A DNA stretch of 64,000 nt from a virus. Positions within the stretch are counted from its first letter, which is position 1. Every line of letters begins with the position of its first letter. The DNA lies in IMG/VR virus record IMGVR_UViG_3300025154_000082, positions 4,296 to 68,295 of that record. The stretch is one strand, 5' to 3'. The translations under genes were made by a program, and so were the position numbers. The notes under the pieces are model-generated. The model worked only from the letters and a program-made list of their open reading frames with translations, was not told the origin of the DNA and did not search any database. This document shows positions 1 to 7,798 of the stretch, piece by piece.

Positions 1-165
1 CATTAGATTGTTTATGAATCCCACAGAAAGCATTTGAGGATATTGGATAACTTTAATTAATTTAGCAAAATATTTTTCATTGTTTTCAGTGACAGAAATA
101 TACTTCCTAAATTCTTTAATTTGGATATTGCTTGAAGTTGAACATTCAGATTGAGCATAGTCCAT
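1..165 (-). CDS. partial ORF (N-terminal ~55 codons, continues beyond window start)
   Basis: minus-strand ATG at 163-165 opens a frame that remains open to position 1; truncated by window edge so absent from ORF track. Confidence 0.2.
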   Translation of the reverse strand, partial: MDYAQSECSTSSNIQIKEFRKYISVTENNEKYFAKLIKVIQYPQMLSVGFINNLM

Positions 166-310
166 TCCCGAATTACGCAGGTTTTCACAAATATCAGAAT
201 TGGTAATTAGATAATAACTTGATTCGTTTATTTGTGTATCTTTGTTTAAATAATTTAAATCAGTTTTACAAATTATCCTTGATGAATCATTTAGAGAATT
301 TAGCAAATAT

Positions 311-658
311 TTAAACTTGGATCTGAGTAATATTTGATCTTCTTTTGTTGCTAAAAGATAGTTTGCTTTTGGGTAAAGTTGATATTGAAACATTTTGTTT
401 TGTCATTCCTTTCCACTTAAATTTAAAGAAAGATACTACTCCTTGGTCTATATCTGTTTTCGTAAGAATTGCTGTAGGAATACCAATATTTGGTAATATA
501 AATAATTTTAAATAAATAGGTAAAGTTGTATTAAAAACCGATAATCCAAGTATAACCCCACCTATTAAATAAATAGTTTGTTTCCCTGTAAGTCCATAAA
601 ATATTTCATCCTTCATTTCAATAATTTGATTTGTGTCGAACATTTCAGTATTTAACAT
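311..658 (-). CDS. small membrane protein (two predicted TM helices; VirB3/PrgI-like position)
   Basis: 115 aa, hydrophobic core GGVILGLSVF and PIYLKLFILPNIGIPTAIL; immediately downstream of polytopic membrane protein. Confidence 0.3.
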   Translation of the reverse strand: MLNTEMFDTNQIIEMKDEIFYGLTGKQTIYLIGGVILGLSVFNTTLPIYLKLFILPNIGIPTAILTKTDIDQGVVSFFKFKWKGMTKQNVSISTLPKSKLSFSNKRRSNITQIQV

Positions 659-662
659 TAAA

Positions 663-1658
663 TTACCTCCTTCTACTCGCTCCTCTTCTTGAAGACATCA
701 TACCTCCCATTCTACCAAATCCACTATATCTAATAAGTTTTCTAGGGCTTAATCCATATTTTATCTCTCTAAACATAGCAACTGGATTCGGAGCTTGGTG
801 TCCATAACTAATCCATTGTTGAACATATGAAGGTGCTTTTAGCATAAATGATCCTGCCGATATACAAAGCATAATATGATAAAGTCCTCCGTGATTTGAT
901 TTTGATATTGAAGACTCAAATCCTAACCAAATCACCATAATAATCGCATGGATAATTGGAGCAATTAAGTTATCTAATAATTCATCAATCCATACCTGTC
1001 TCATATTTTGATGTTTGGGAAATAAACATAGATAGAAAAATATAGGTGCTGTAGCAACTAGAAACATAATAGAAATCATTCTCATGAAATAAAACCATAT
1101 TAAATTGACTAATATCATTGCAAAAATTAAAGTGAATATAATTAGACCTAAACCATACTGTGGAGTTAAAGCTCTGACCATTTGTGCTTCTGAACCGCCT
1201 AGAGATAGAATAACAATGGTAAATTTGTTTGTTGCATCTATTATCATTGGAAGTGCAATTATTGCAATATTTACAATGACCATTGATTGAGCTATCTTCA
1301 CAATATATTCTGTACTCTGATATTTACTACTTTTATTCATAATTTGCATAATTCCAAAATATACAATTCCTGCTATTGAGAATGTCATTATGATCTTTAA
1401 GAAGAAATAGTATAAAGATAATATTGTAGGATTTTCTGCCAATACATTAGGCGTGTGAAGAAATAATTGTGTAAAATTTTGAACTAGAGAATCAGTAATA
1501 AAATGTTCTAATCTTCCATTTACTGTAGAAATATCTTGAGGTGTAGGTGCATTAAATAAAGCATCATTAACATTTTGAACTGTTTCTAGGGATGGAGGTG
1601 TGATAAAAAATTTAATTATAGCATCTCCTGCTTCTCCAACAGTGAGCAATGGAATCAT
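663..1658 (-). CDS. polytopic integral membrane protein, VirB6/TrbL-like (T4SS channel component candidate)
   Basis: 331 aa with at least 6 long hydrophobic segments and basic C-terminal tail RRGASRRR; size/topology typical of VirB6/TcpH/PrgH-like proteins. Confidence 0.4.
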   Translation of the reverse strand: MIPLLTVGEAGDAIIKFFITPPSLETVQNVNDALFNAPTPQDISTVNGRLEHFITDSLVQNFTQLFLHTPNVLAENPTILSLYYFFLKIIMTFSIAGIVYFGIMQIMNKSSKYQSTEYIVKIAQSMVIVNIAIIALPMIIDATNKFTIVILSLGGSEAQMVRALTPQYGLGLIIFTLIFAMILVNLIWFYFMRMISIMFLVATAPIFFYLCLFPKHQNMRQVWIDELLDNLIAPIIHAIIMVIWLGFESSISKSNHGGLYHIMLCISAGSFMLKAPSYVQQWISYGHQAPNPVAMFREIKYGLSPRKLIRYSGFGRMGGMMSSRRGASRRR

Positions 1659-1688
1659 CCCCTTTATGAAGTTATAATAATTTTAATC

Positions 1689-1940
1689 TTAAAATTTTGG
1701 CATTGTTGGAAATACTCCTTTAAGTATTGTCCAGACAATCTTCACTACCCAAGGCCCAACAATTATAGTTATACATCCACGGATTACCGATTCCTTAAGC
1801 TCTTTGGATTGAGCTTTCCAATTTCCATTTCCAATGACATCCATGACACCAGCCCAGACTATCATGATCATAGCTAAACCAATTCCTAGTCCAGATAATA
1901 ATAAACAAATTTTTGTTGACCACTGGTTAAATTCTTCCAT
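1689..1940 (-). CDS. small two-TM membrane protein (VirB2/TrbC pilin-like or holin-like)
   Basis: 83 aa; TM1 ICLLLSGLGIGLAMIMIVWAGVM, charged loop KAQSKELKES, TM2 ITIIVGPWVVKIVWTIL. Confidence 0.35.
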   Translation of the reverse strand: MEEFNQWSTKICLLLSGLGIGLAMIMIVWAGVMDVIGNGNWKAQSKELKESVIRGCITIIVGPWVVKIVWTILKGVFPTMPKF

Positions 1941-2087
1941 GATAAAAACCTCCTAGAAATTTTAATTTTTCCATGCCTCTTTACTAAGAAGACCTAGATT
2001 TTAAAATCTGAATCCCTTTATTCATGCGGTCTGTAGGGTTCAGGGTGTATTAATGGCAATATAGGTGGTTAATATAGGGTTCTTGTC

Positions 2088-2115
2088 TTGATTTTTACAA
2101 ACATTCATGTATAAT
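2088..2115 (+). promoter_or_regulatory. sigma-A type promoter (TTGATT-16-TATAAT) for small plus-strand gene
   Basis: -35 ttgatt at 2088-2093, -10 tataat at 2110-2115; followed by RBS aaggag at 2156-2161. Confidence 0.4.
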
Positions 2116-2172
2116 CGACATTATTTTGGTTAATAATATGGTCAACGAAATAAATTAAGGAGTGTGAATTTA

Positions 2173-2274
2173 ATGTTTTTACTGCCAATGTTTGTTGTAG
2201 GAGTAGGTTTGGTGGGTTATTCAGCATATGAATTAGTTAATACAGTGCAACAATTAAGCAAACTTATTCAATAA
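2173..2274 (+). CDS. 33-aa hydrophobic peptide (MFLLPMFVVGVGLVGYSAYELVNTVQQLSKLIQ)
   Basis: ATG 2173 with RBS 11 nt upstream, own promoter and immediately followed by intrinsic terminator; one predicted TM helix. Confidence 0.35.
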   Translation: MFLLPMFVVGVGLVGYSAYELVNTVQQLSKLIQ

Positions 2275-2299
2275 TAAAATTCATATGCTATAATTCAAT

Positions 2300-2325
2300 C
2301 CCCTCATTTGAGGGGTTTATTTTTT
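2300..2325 (+). terminator. rho-independent terminator (cccctc-attt-gagggg + T-run)
   Basis: 6-bp GC stem 2300-2305/2310-2315 followed by tttatttttt; overlaps stop codon of convergent minus-strand gene 2317..2514. Confidence 0.5.
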
Positions 2326-2514
2326 AGCAAAATGCTTGATACTTTTGACAATTGATTCTTTAGACCAATATGCTCCAAAACCAAACATTAAAACTCCTAA
2401 TGCGCCCATTGTCCATCCTAAAACCCAGTATGAAGGAGTAAGAAAAATCTCACCAAATTCTAATAGTGAAAAACTTCCAACTAAAAACATAAGAGCTTTT
2501 GTATCTTTTTTCAT
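2317..2514 (-). CDS. small two-TM membrane protein, holin-like
   Basis: 65 aa, two hydrophobic helices and lysine-rich C-terminus KSIKHFAKK; directly downstream of secreted M23 peptidase. Confidence 0.3.
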   Translation of the reverse strand: MKKDTKALMFLVGSFSLLEFGEIFLTPSYWVLGWTMGALGVLMFGFGAYWSKESIVKSIKHFAKK

Positions 2515-2530
2515 AATAAGTCCTCCTTTT

Positions 2531-3112
2531 CTATTTGCTTTTAGCAGGTAAATAATTAATTGGATTTAATGAATTAGTTCCATTATTAGTACGAATTTCA
2601 AAATGTACATGTGGGCCTCTGGATAGTAATCCGGTATTTCCAGACAAAGCAATTACATCATTTTGATTTACTTTATCTCCAACGTTGACTAATAATTGAT
2701 TATTATGTGCATACACAGTCTGTTTTCCATCAGAATGATTGATATACACAACATTTCCAATCATTTCATTAAATTCTGCTTTAATTACTATGCCAAAATT
2801 AGAGCAATAAACTTTACTATTTTCCACTACTGCAATATCAATTCCATAATGAAATCCATTTAATGAAGACTCTCTTGGGCCATAAGGACTTGAGATTATT
2901 CCATCTACTGGATAAATATAATTAGAGGAAGAAGAAGTAAGCAATATATAAGTTTTATTAATGACAATGTTTAAGATACTTTTTGCTTCCTCTGTGGTCA
3001 ACTCTCCTTTAGCTGAGACAGGATGAGGTATTGACAATAAAGTTAATAATAAAAGTGAAAATAATAGTTTTTTGCTTGGCTTGGGAATTAATTTTCCTTT
3101 TGTTTTTCTCAT
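2531..3112 (-). CDS. secreted M23-family metallopeptidase (LytM-type peptidoglycan hydrolase)
   Basis: signal peptide MRKTKGKLIPKPSKKLLFSLLLLTLLSIPHPVSA; M23 signature HYGIDIA ... NHSDG ... YAH ... GNTG...GPHVHFE. Confidence 0.75.
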   Translation of the reverse strand: MRKTKGKLIPKPSKKLLFSLLLLTLLSIPHPVSAKGELTTEEAKSILNIVINKTYILLTSSSSNYIYPVDGIISSPYGPRESSLNGFHYGIDIAVVENSKVYCSNFGIVIKAEFNEMIGNVVYINHSDGKQTVYAHNNQLLVNVGDKVNQNDVIALSGNTGLLSRGPHVHFEIRTNNGTNSLNPINYLPAKSK

Positions 3113-3115
3113 AAT

Positions 3116-3328
3116 TCACTCTCTTATAAAATAAGGAGTCAAAACCAAATTCCCTTTATAACATTGATTTGCACTCATATAAACCTTTCTCCAACCTCTC
3201 GTCATTAAATCTTCATAAAATTTTCTTTTATAATTCACAAAATCATCAACACTATCAAATTCCAAATGATTAATAATGTCATGGATTCTACGACCTTTAT
3301 TAACCATTATTGATAATTTAATTCTCAT
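3116..3328 (-). CDS. hypothetical protein
   Basis: 70-aa ORF, no recognisable motif. Confidence 0.3.
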   Translation of the reverse strand: MRIKLSIMVNKGRRIHDIINHLEFDSVDDFVNYKRKFYEDLMTRGWRKVYMSANQCYKGNLVLTPYFIRE

Positions 3329-3361
3329 TTAATAATACCTCCTTAAATTAAAGTACCTTAA

Positions 3362-3660
3362 TCAACTCTTCTCCTCGGATAAATCCTATCTTTATCCTTA
3401 CCATCCCAATCTGGAGATTTTAAAGAAACAAAATTCTCTCCTAAATTAACTCTAATGGCAAATCTCTGATCACATGTCGGACAATAATTTAAAACATGAA
3501 TAAGTTCAGAATCAGTATCTTTTGTGATAATAGATTTTTCGGTAAATGTAGGATATTTAATTGCACATATTTAACAATTAAAAGTTACAGTTTGAAGTCG
3601 TTTTTGTGCTTTCTTATAGAGAGAATTACTTGGTTTTAGGATTGTATATAGTTTTCTCAT
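3362..3660 (-). pseudogene. small zinc-ribbon protein gene interrupted by in-frame TAA (codon 30)
   Basis: strong RBS aagggagg 8 nt before ATG 3660; frame MRKLYTILKPSNSLYKKAQKRLQTVTFNC-stop-ICAIKYPTFTEKSIITKDTDSELIHVLNYCPTCDQRF... continues in frame to 3362; stop lies inside first CxxC of a Cx2C...Cx2C ribbon. Confidence 0.3.
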
Positions 3661-3697
3661 TAATAATTCCTCCCTTATAACTATTCTTACCCCCTAC

Positions 3698-3982
3698 TCA
3701 ATCCAAATCTCTTTCCTCGCTATTCTCAAGCAAATCCATCACAGCATCAAAATAATCAATAACATCCTCACTTGGCTCAATGTCCCATCCACGATCATAA
3801 TAAACTTCACAATCATTATGATTAAACTGTTCTCCACCAAAAATTGCTAATACACTAACCCTTCCACCATCAATTCCAAGTCTAGATGGGGTGTTGTATA
3901 GTTTAGCATTAAATTTAAATCTACCAACTTCCCCTTTAACCCAATTAGAATTATTGTCAAATTTAGTAAAATATGCTTGCAT
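3698..3982 (-). CDS. hypothetical protein
   Basis: 94-aa ORF with acidic C-terminus. Confidence 0.35.
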   Translation of the reverse strand: MQAYFTKFDNNSNWVKGEVGRFKFNAKLYNTPSRLGIDGGRVSVLAIFGGEQFNHNDCEVYYDRGWDIEPSEDVIDYFDAVMDLLENSEERDLD

Positions 3983-4008
3983 TATGATTCCTCCTTAATT
4001 ACTCACTC

Positions 4009-4251
4009 CTACTCCCCTCTACCTCCTCCGCACTCATAAACAAAAATAAAATTAACATAATTTAAACTTATCTTTAAAACATTTTCCACAGATTCTTCTA
4101 ATCCACAAATTTCACTGATATAATTTTTAGCAGAATAATCTCTTTTTGCTCTAATTAAACATTTCGCAACTTCATCAGTGATAGTAAAAACAGAATCGAA
4201 ATCATCATCATTTTGATTACAAATGATGATACATTCAGGTTTTTGTTTCAA
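4009..4251 (-). CDS. hypothetical protein
   Basis: 80-aa ORF. Confidence 0.3.
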   Translation of the reverse strand: MKQKPECIIICNQNDDDFDSVFTITDEVAKCLIRAKRDYSAKNYISEICGLEESVENVLKISLNYVNFIFVYECGGGRGE

Positions 4252-4540
4252 TCATTTCAACTCCTTTGGATGTAATGTAGAATGAATTGGCATTCCTCTC
4301 TTTCCACCCTAGTTTAACCATTCCAAGCATTAAAAGATGATTTAGATTATGTCTGACTCTCAAATGATTGATGTCAATTGCAAGAGATATATTCCTTACA
4401 GTTCTGCTGTTCATTGGATCAGTAAGATTTTCTGAAAATAAATGATGTAGAATATCTATCTCTAATTTTGATAGCATTTTAATTAGTTCACCTCGCTTTG
4501 TTTTAATAATGTGTGATAATGTATCTGATTGTTCAACCAT
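4235..4540 (-). CDS. winged-helix DNA-binding transcriptional regulator (MarR/ArsR-like)
   Basis: 101 aa; helix-turn-helix-like segment LKMLSKLEIDILHHLFSENLTDPMNSRTVRNISLAIDINHLRVRHNLNHLLMLGMV followed by wing. Confidence 0.4.
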   Translation of the reverse strand: MVEQSDTLSHIIKTKRGELIKMLSKLEIDILHHLFSENLTDPMNSRTVRNISLAIDINHLRVRHNLNHLLMLGMVKLGWKERNANSFYITSKGVEMIETKT

Positions 4541-4699
4541 GCTTCATACTCCATCTTATTGATTGATAATTGTCCATTATGTTAGTCAATTTATGGGAAA
4601 TCTTTGGACTTAAATGAAGTTGATTAATCAGACCTATACAATTACCCAAACATTATTTTATATGCTTTAATTTGATTTATTTTGTAAATTAATTTAAGA

Positions 4700-4736
4700 T
4701 TAATAAAAGAAAAGCCCTGATTTCTCAGGACTTAAT
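4700..4736 (-). terminator. intrinsic terminator after partition operon
   Basis: minus-strand RNA GUCCUGA-GAAA-UCAGGGC (one G-U pair) followed by UUUUCUUUUAUU, immediately after stop of 4739..4993. Confidence 0.4.
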
Positions 4737-4738
4737 AC

Positions 4739-4993
4739 TTAATCGTCAAACATATTAAAATTGATTTCTTTTACTGGTTTTGTTTTAGATCGCTCTTCCA
4801 TTCTAATTTCATCTTTTTTAACAAATACATCTATATAGATTTCCTCTTCATCCTCTAACATTACCTTATCTTCACCTTTAAAAAAATAATCATACAAAGC
4901 TCTTCTAATTACTTTGCTTCTCCTATTCTTAGGGATTGCATCAAGAAATGGTTTTAAGATTCTGTCGTCTCTAAAGTTTCTAATTTCCCCCAT
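4739..4993 (-). CDS. small basic DNA-binding adaptor candidate (ParR-like position)
   Basis: 84 aa, overlaps end of ParM-like gene; N-terminal RRSKVIRRALYDYF segment compatible with ribbon-helix-helix; acidic C-terminus. Confidence 0.3.
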   Translation of the reverse strand: MGEIRNFRDDRILKPFLDAIPKNRRSKVIRRALYDYFFKGEDKVMLEDEEEIYIDVFVKKDEIRMEERSKTKPVKEINFNMFDD

Positions 4994-5922
4994 GATAGAT
5001 TCTTCACCAACTTTTCTGCCCCTCTTACATTTGAGAATTGACCTTTATGAAGTATTTTTTGAGGCCAATTAAGAAAATGATATATAGCAGACCCTCCTCC
5101 TCCAGTAACGATTATCTTGTCAATTTTCTTTAAATCATAAAAGGTTGATACATCTGCCTTGATTAATGTTGCAATGTCTGGGTAAAAATTCGCCAATGAG
5201 TCATAACCATCATATAAATCTACTTCATATATTTTTCTATCAGCACGTTTATAGATTTGCCACATTCCATTATTTGTAGTTTTGCAAAGTTCTCTAACTA
5301 TTTCACCTCTGAGTAAATAAATTAGATTTACAGTACCCATTCCTACATCAACGATTAAAGTAACATTAGGAATTTCTTCTTTAGTTTTGCCCTCATCATC
5401 AAGAAAATAATCCATTGACGCACAATATCCCTGTGGGAGACTTTTTATAAGTGTCGGTTTAAAGTTATGAATATGCTCAATATCCCCAATTTTATAATTA
5501 ATATCCATATCATGAGAAAACATATCAATAATTGATTTTTTTTCACTAAAATAAGATTCAAATGGAAAAAGAAATACTACTTTGTCTTCATTTTTATAGT
5601 TACATAAGGTATATTTAGTAAGAATTTTGAATGTTGATTGCTCTGTTTTAATTCCTTCAAGTGAATAATCTTGAGCATACCCATGTAAAATTGCATCTTC
5701 TCCAATGTAATGATTATCAATAACCCACATTTTCTTTTCAGTAAAAGAATCTTGATATTTCCCTATGACAGAAAGAATCTTTAATTCCCTGCCTTTTGAA
5801 TTTAACGCCTTCACATATGAATTACCACAGTCCAAAAACAGCATATTTACTCCTCCTTTGATTTGTAATACAATTGTAAGACATTGTCTTACAATTGTAT
5901 TACAAATTTTATGAAAATACAA
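4954..5922 (-). CDS. actin-like ATPase of the ParM/Alp family (plasmid segregation)
   Basis: actin-fold motifs: phosphate-1 LDCGNSYVKA, phosphate-2 IVDVGMGTVNL, adenosine IVTGGGGSAIY. Confidence 0.6.
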   Translation of the reverse strand: MYFHKICNTIVRQCLTIVLQIKGGVNMLFLDCGNSYVKALNSKGRELKILSVIGKYQDSFTEKKMWVIDNHYIGEDAILHGYAQDYSLEGIKTEQSTFKILTKYTLCNYKNEDKVVFLFPFESYFSEKKSIIDMFSHDMDINYKIGDIEHIHNFKPTLIKSLPQGYCASMDYFLDDEGKTKEEIPNVTLIVDVGMGTVNLIYLLRGEIVRELCKTTNNGMWQIYKRADRKIYEVDLYDGYDSLANFYPDIATLIKADVSTFYDLKKIDKIIVTGGGGSAIYHFLNWPQKILHKGQFSNVRGAEKLVKNLSWGKLETLETTES

Positions 5923-5928
5923 GAGGTT

Positions 5929-7434
5929 TTATGATTCTAATAAATTATCATAATATTTCCAACCAAGAGGTACTCCTGTTTCGGGATGCAATCCGCAATA
6001 CTTTGCTTTATTTCTGCAACATAGAGATATACCTGAATGAAAAATATTATATTTTAATCCAGCCTCTGTTTGAGAATTAAATATTTCTCCAGTAGTAGTG
6101 CATATTATTTTACTAAAAACTCTTTTGCTTTTATATCCACTTTTTCTAGTCTCTTCTTTTGGGTCGTAATCACACCAACCTAGCTCAGTTCCCTGCTTAA
6201 GATATTTTATAACCGTTGATCTACATTTTTTTATTATACTTGATATTTTTAATGTGTTTTTAATATCATTCCACATATTACAAATAGTTTTTACAATGCT
6301 TTTACAAGCATATTCATAACATTTTAACCAGTCTATATCACTTTCTGAAAAATTTAAAAGTTTTGGCAAATCTGATTTCATAATACTGTTTTTAATCCAA
6401 TTCATATTTGAATATCGACAATCTAAGACTATGTAATTATTAATATTATTGTTTCTAGCTAATTGTTCTTTTACTTTGTCATTCTCTTGGACTTCATTTA
6501 ATCTCATTCTCCATGTACTATTAGTTTCTTCATAATGTTGAATTCCTTGACACTCACAAATAATTTCATCAATTTTATTTATGTAAAAGTCATATTTATA
6601 ATTATCGCACCATTTGAAAGTTTTTTCAGATAATTGTGTATTAAAATCATTGCCTAATAATTGTTCAAATACATTAAATAAAAATTTCTCAGGAAAACTT
6701 ATACCGTCCCCACAACATTCACATCCAAATCCTTTTTTCCACAATTTATCCAAACTCTTTTGTTTCTCATGTCCACAATCTGGACATTTCATTGGAATTT
6801 TTTTATTTGAACCAACTGAATATTTATAAGCATCTTCTTTATTAACTAAAAATTTAATAAGTTCTTGATGCGTAACTGAAATTGTATTACACATAATACA
6901 ATCAAGACTTATGGTAGATCCTTTTTTTATTGTTGTATAAGTAAAACGAGCAATACTTTTTAATTCGGATTTATGTTCTGGATGATCTAAGCATTTAAAC
7001 CAGTAGCCCTTATTATTAAAACCTACCGAACCATAACTTACATATTTAGGACTTATTATATTGCCATTTTCGTCAATATTTAAACTATAATCCCAACGTG
7101 ATAATATCCAATCAGCCAATTCTTTAGAGAGATGGGTATAGCACCACTCATAAAAAGAAATATAATTTTTGTGTCCAGTTTGAGAACATTTATGACAATA
7201 ATATCTTCCATCTTCTTTTACATATTTCTTGTAATTAAGCCATTTCATAGGTTTTAAATATTCTTTACATCCATCACATTGAACGTCAACTATAGCACTA
7301 GATGCATGTGTTAAATCTTCTACTTTTACTTTAAATTCCTCTCCAAGTTTAGTAAAGGCAAATCCTTTATCTATGTACCACTTTTTACTACTAAAATGCC
7401 ACTTCATTATTACCTCTTTAGTTATTAATCCCAC
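5929..7434 (-). CDS. zinc-ribbon-repeat / DUF559(Vsr-like) endonuclease-family protein with C-terminal homing-endonuclease-type HTH
   Basis: repeated W-D-x-x-N ... YWFKC..H / CxxC zinc-ribbon modules; core DFYINKIDEIICECQGIQH (DUF559/Vsr-like PD-(D/E)xK pattern); C-terminus GEIFNSQTEAGLKYNIFHSGISLCCRNKAK..GWKY resembles NUMOD-like HTH tails of phage HNH/GIY homing endonucleases; paralog of 52374..53654. Confidence 0.5.
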   Translation of the reverse strand: MGLITKEVIMKWHFSSKKWYIDKGFAFTKLGEEFKVKVEDLTHASSAIVDVQCDGCKEYLKPMKWLNYKKYVKEDGRYYCHKCSQTGHKNYISFYEWCYTHLSKELADWILSRWDYSLNIDENGNIISPKYVSYGSVGFNNKGYWFKCLDHPEHKSELKSIARFTYTTIKKGSTISLDCIMCNTISVTHQELIKFLVNKEDAYKYSVGSNKKIPMKCPDCGHEKQKSLDKLWKKGFGCECCGDGISFPEKFLFNVFEQLLGNDFNTQLSEKTFKWCDNYKYDFYINKIDEIICECQGIQHYEETNSTWRMRLNEVQENDKVKEQLARNNNINNYIVLDCRYSNMNWIKNSIMKSDLPKLLNFSESDIDWLKCYEYACKSIVKTICNMWNDIKNTLKISSIIKKCRSTVIKYLKQGTELGWCDYDPKEETRKSGYKSKRVFSKIICTTTGEIFNSQTEAGLKYNIFHSGISLCCRNKAKYCGLHPETGVPLGWKYYDNLLES

Positions 7435-7483
7435 AATCTAATCCTCCTCTTTCTATAAATTATTATATTTCTCCCTACTTAAT

Positions 7484-7512
7484 ATTATAGCATAAATAGT
7501 AAATCATGTCAA
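7484..7512 (-). promoter_or_regulatory. consensus sigma-A promoter (TTGACA-17-TATAAT) for partition operon
   Basis: minus-strand TTGACA at 7507-7512, 17-nt spacer, TATAAT at 7484-7489; RBS aggagg at 7443-7451 precedes start 7434. Confidence 0.55.
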
Positions 7513-7689
7513 CATATATTTATTTTATAATTTAATAATTTTCTCTATCCCTTTCAGTGTTGTCCGGCCCAAACACTTATCAACATGTGTATAAAATTTT
7601 AGAAACTTATACACAGCCTTGTCGATTTGTAGTATAATGTATTAACATGTCCAACCCATATTAATGTTAATTTTTAGCAAAAGAATAAT

Positions 7690-7762
7690 AGCAAAAACTC
7701 CTTGAAGTGCTAGTTTGGTCGCGAACACTTCAAGGAGCCACAGCAGAGGTTGTTTTCGTTTG
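7690..7762 (-). ncRNA. candidate ~70-nt antisense countertranscript (ctRNA) in rep leader
   Basis: minus-strand promoter at 7770-7798; perfect 12-bp stem 7698-7709/7726-7737 (ctccttgaagtg / cacttcaaggag) with 16-nt loop; on minus strand hairpin is followed by UUUUUGCUAUUAUUCUUUU. Confidence 0.4.
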
Positions 7763-7769
7763 TATTTTT

Positions 7770-7798
7770 ATTATAACAAAAAGAAAACCTTCTGTCTA
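7770..7798 (-). promoter_or_regulatory. promoter for antisense RNA (TAGACA-17-TATAAT)
   Basis: minus-strand -35 TAGACA at 7793-7798, 17-nt spacer, -10 TATAAT at 7770-7775. Confidence 0.4.

Noticed and set aside
4541-4700. TTGATT(g/a)AT-like repeats downstream of the ParR-like gene as a parC centromere
   Set aside because: Only three loose copies in a very AT-rich spacer. Not distinguishable from background without statistics or comparison.
7698-7737. GC-rich hairpin considered as a tRNA fragment or attachment core
   Set aside because: No cloverleaf, no T-loop GTTCGA-like motif. Its placement between a minus-strand promoter and U-run fits a ctRNA terminator better.
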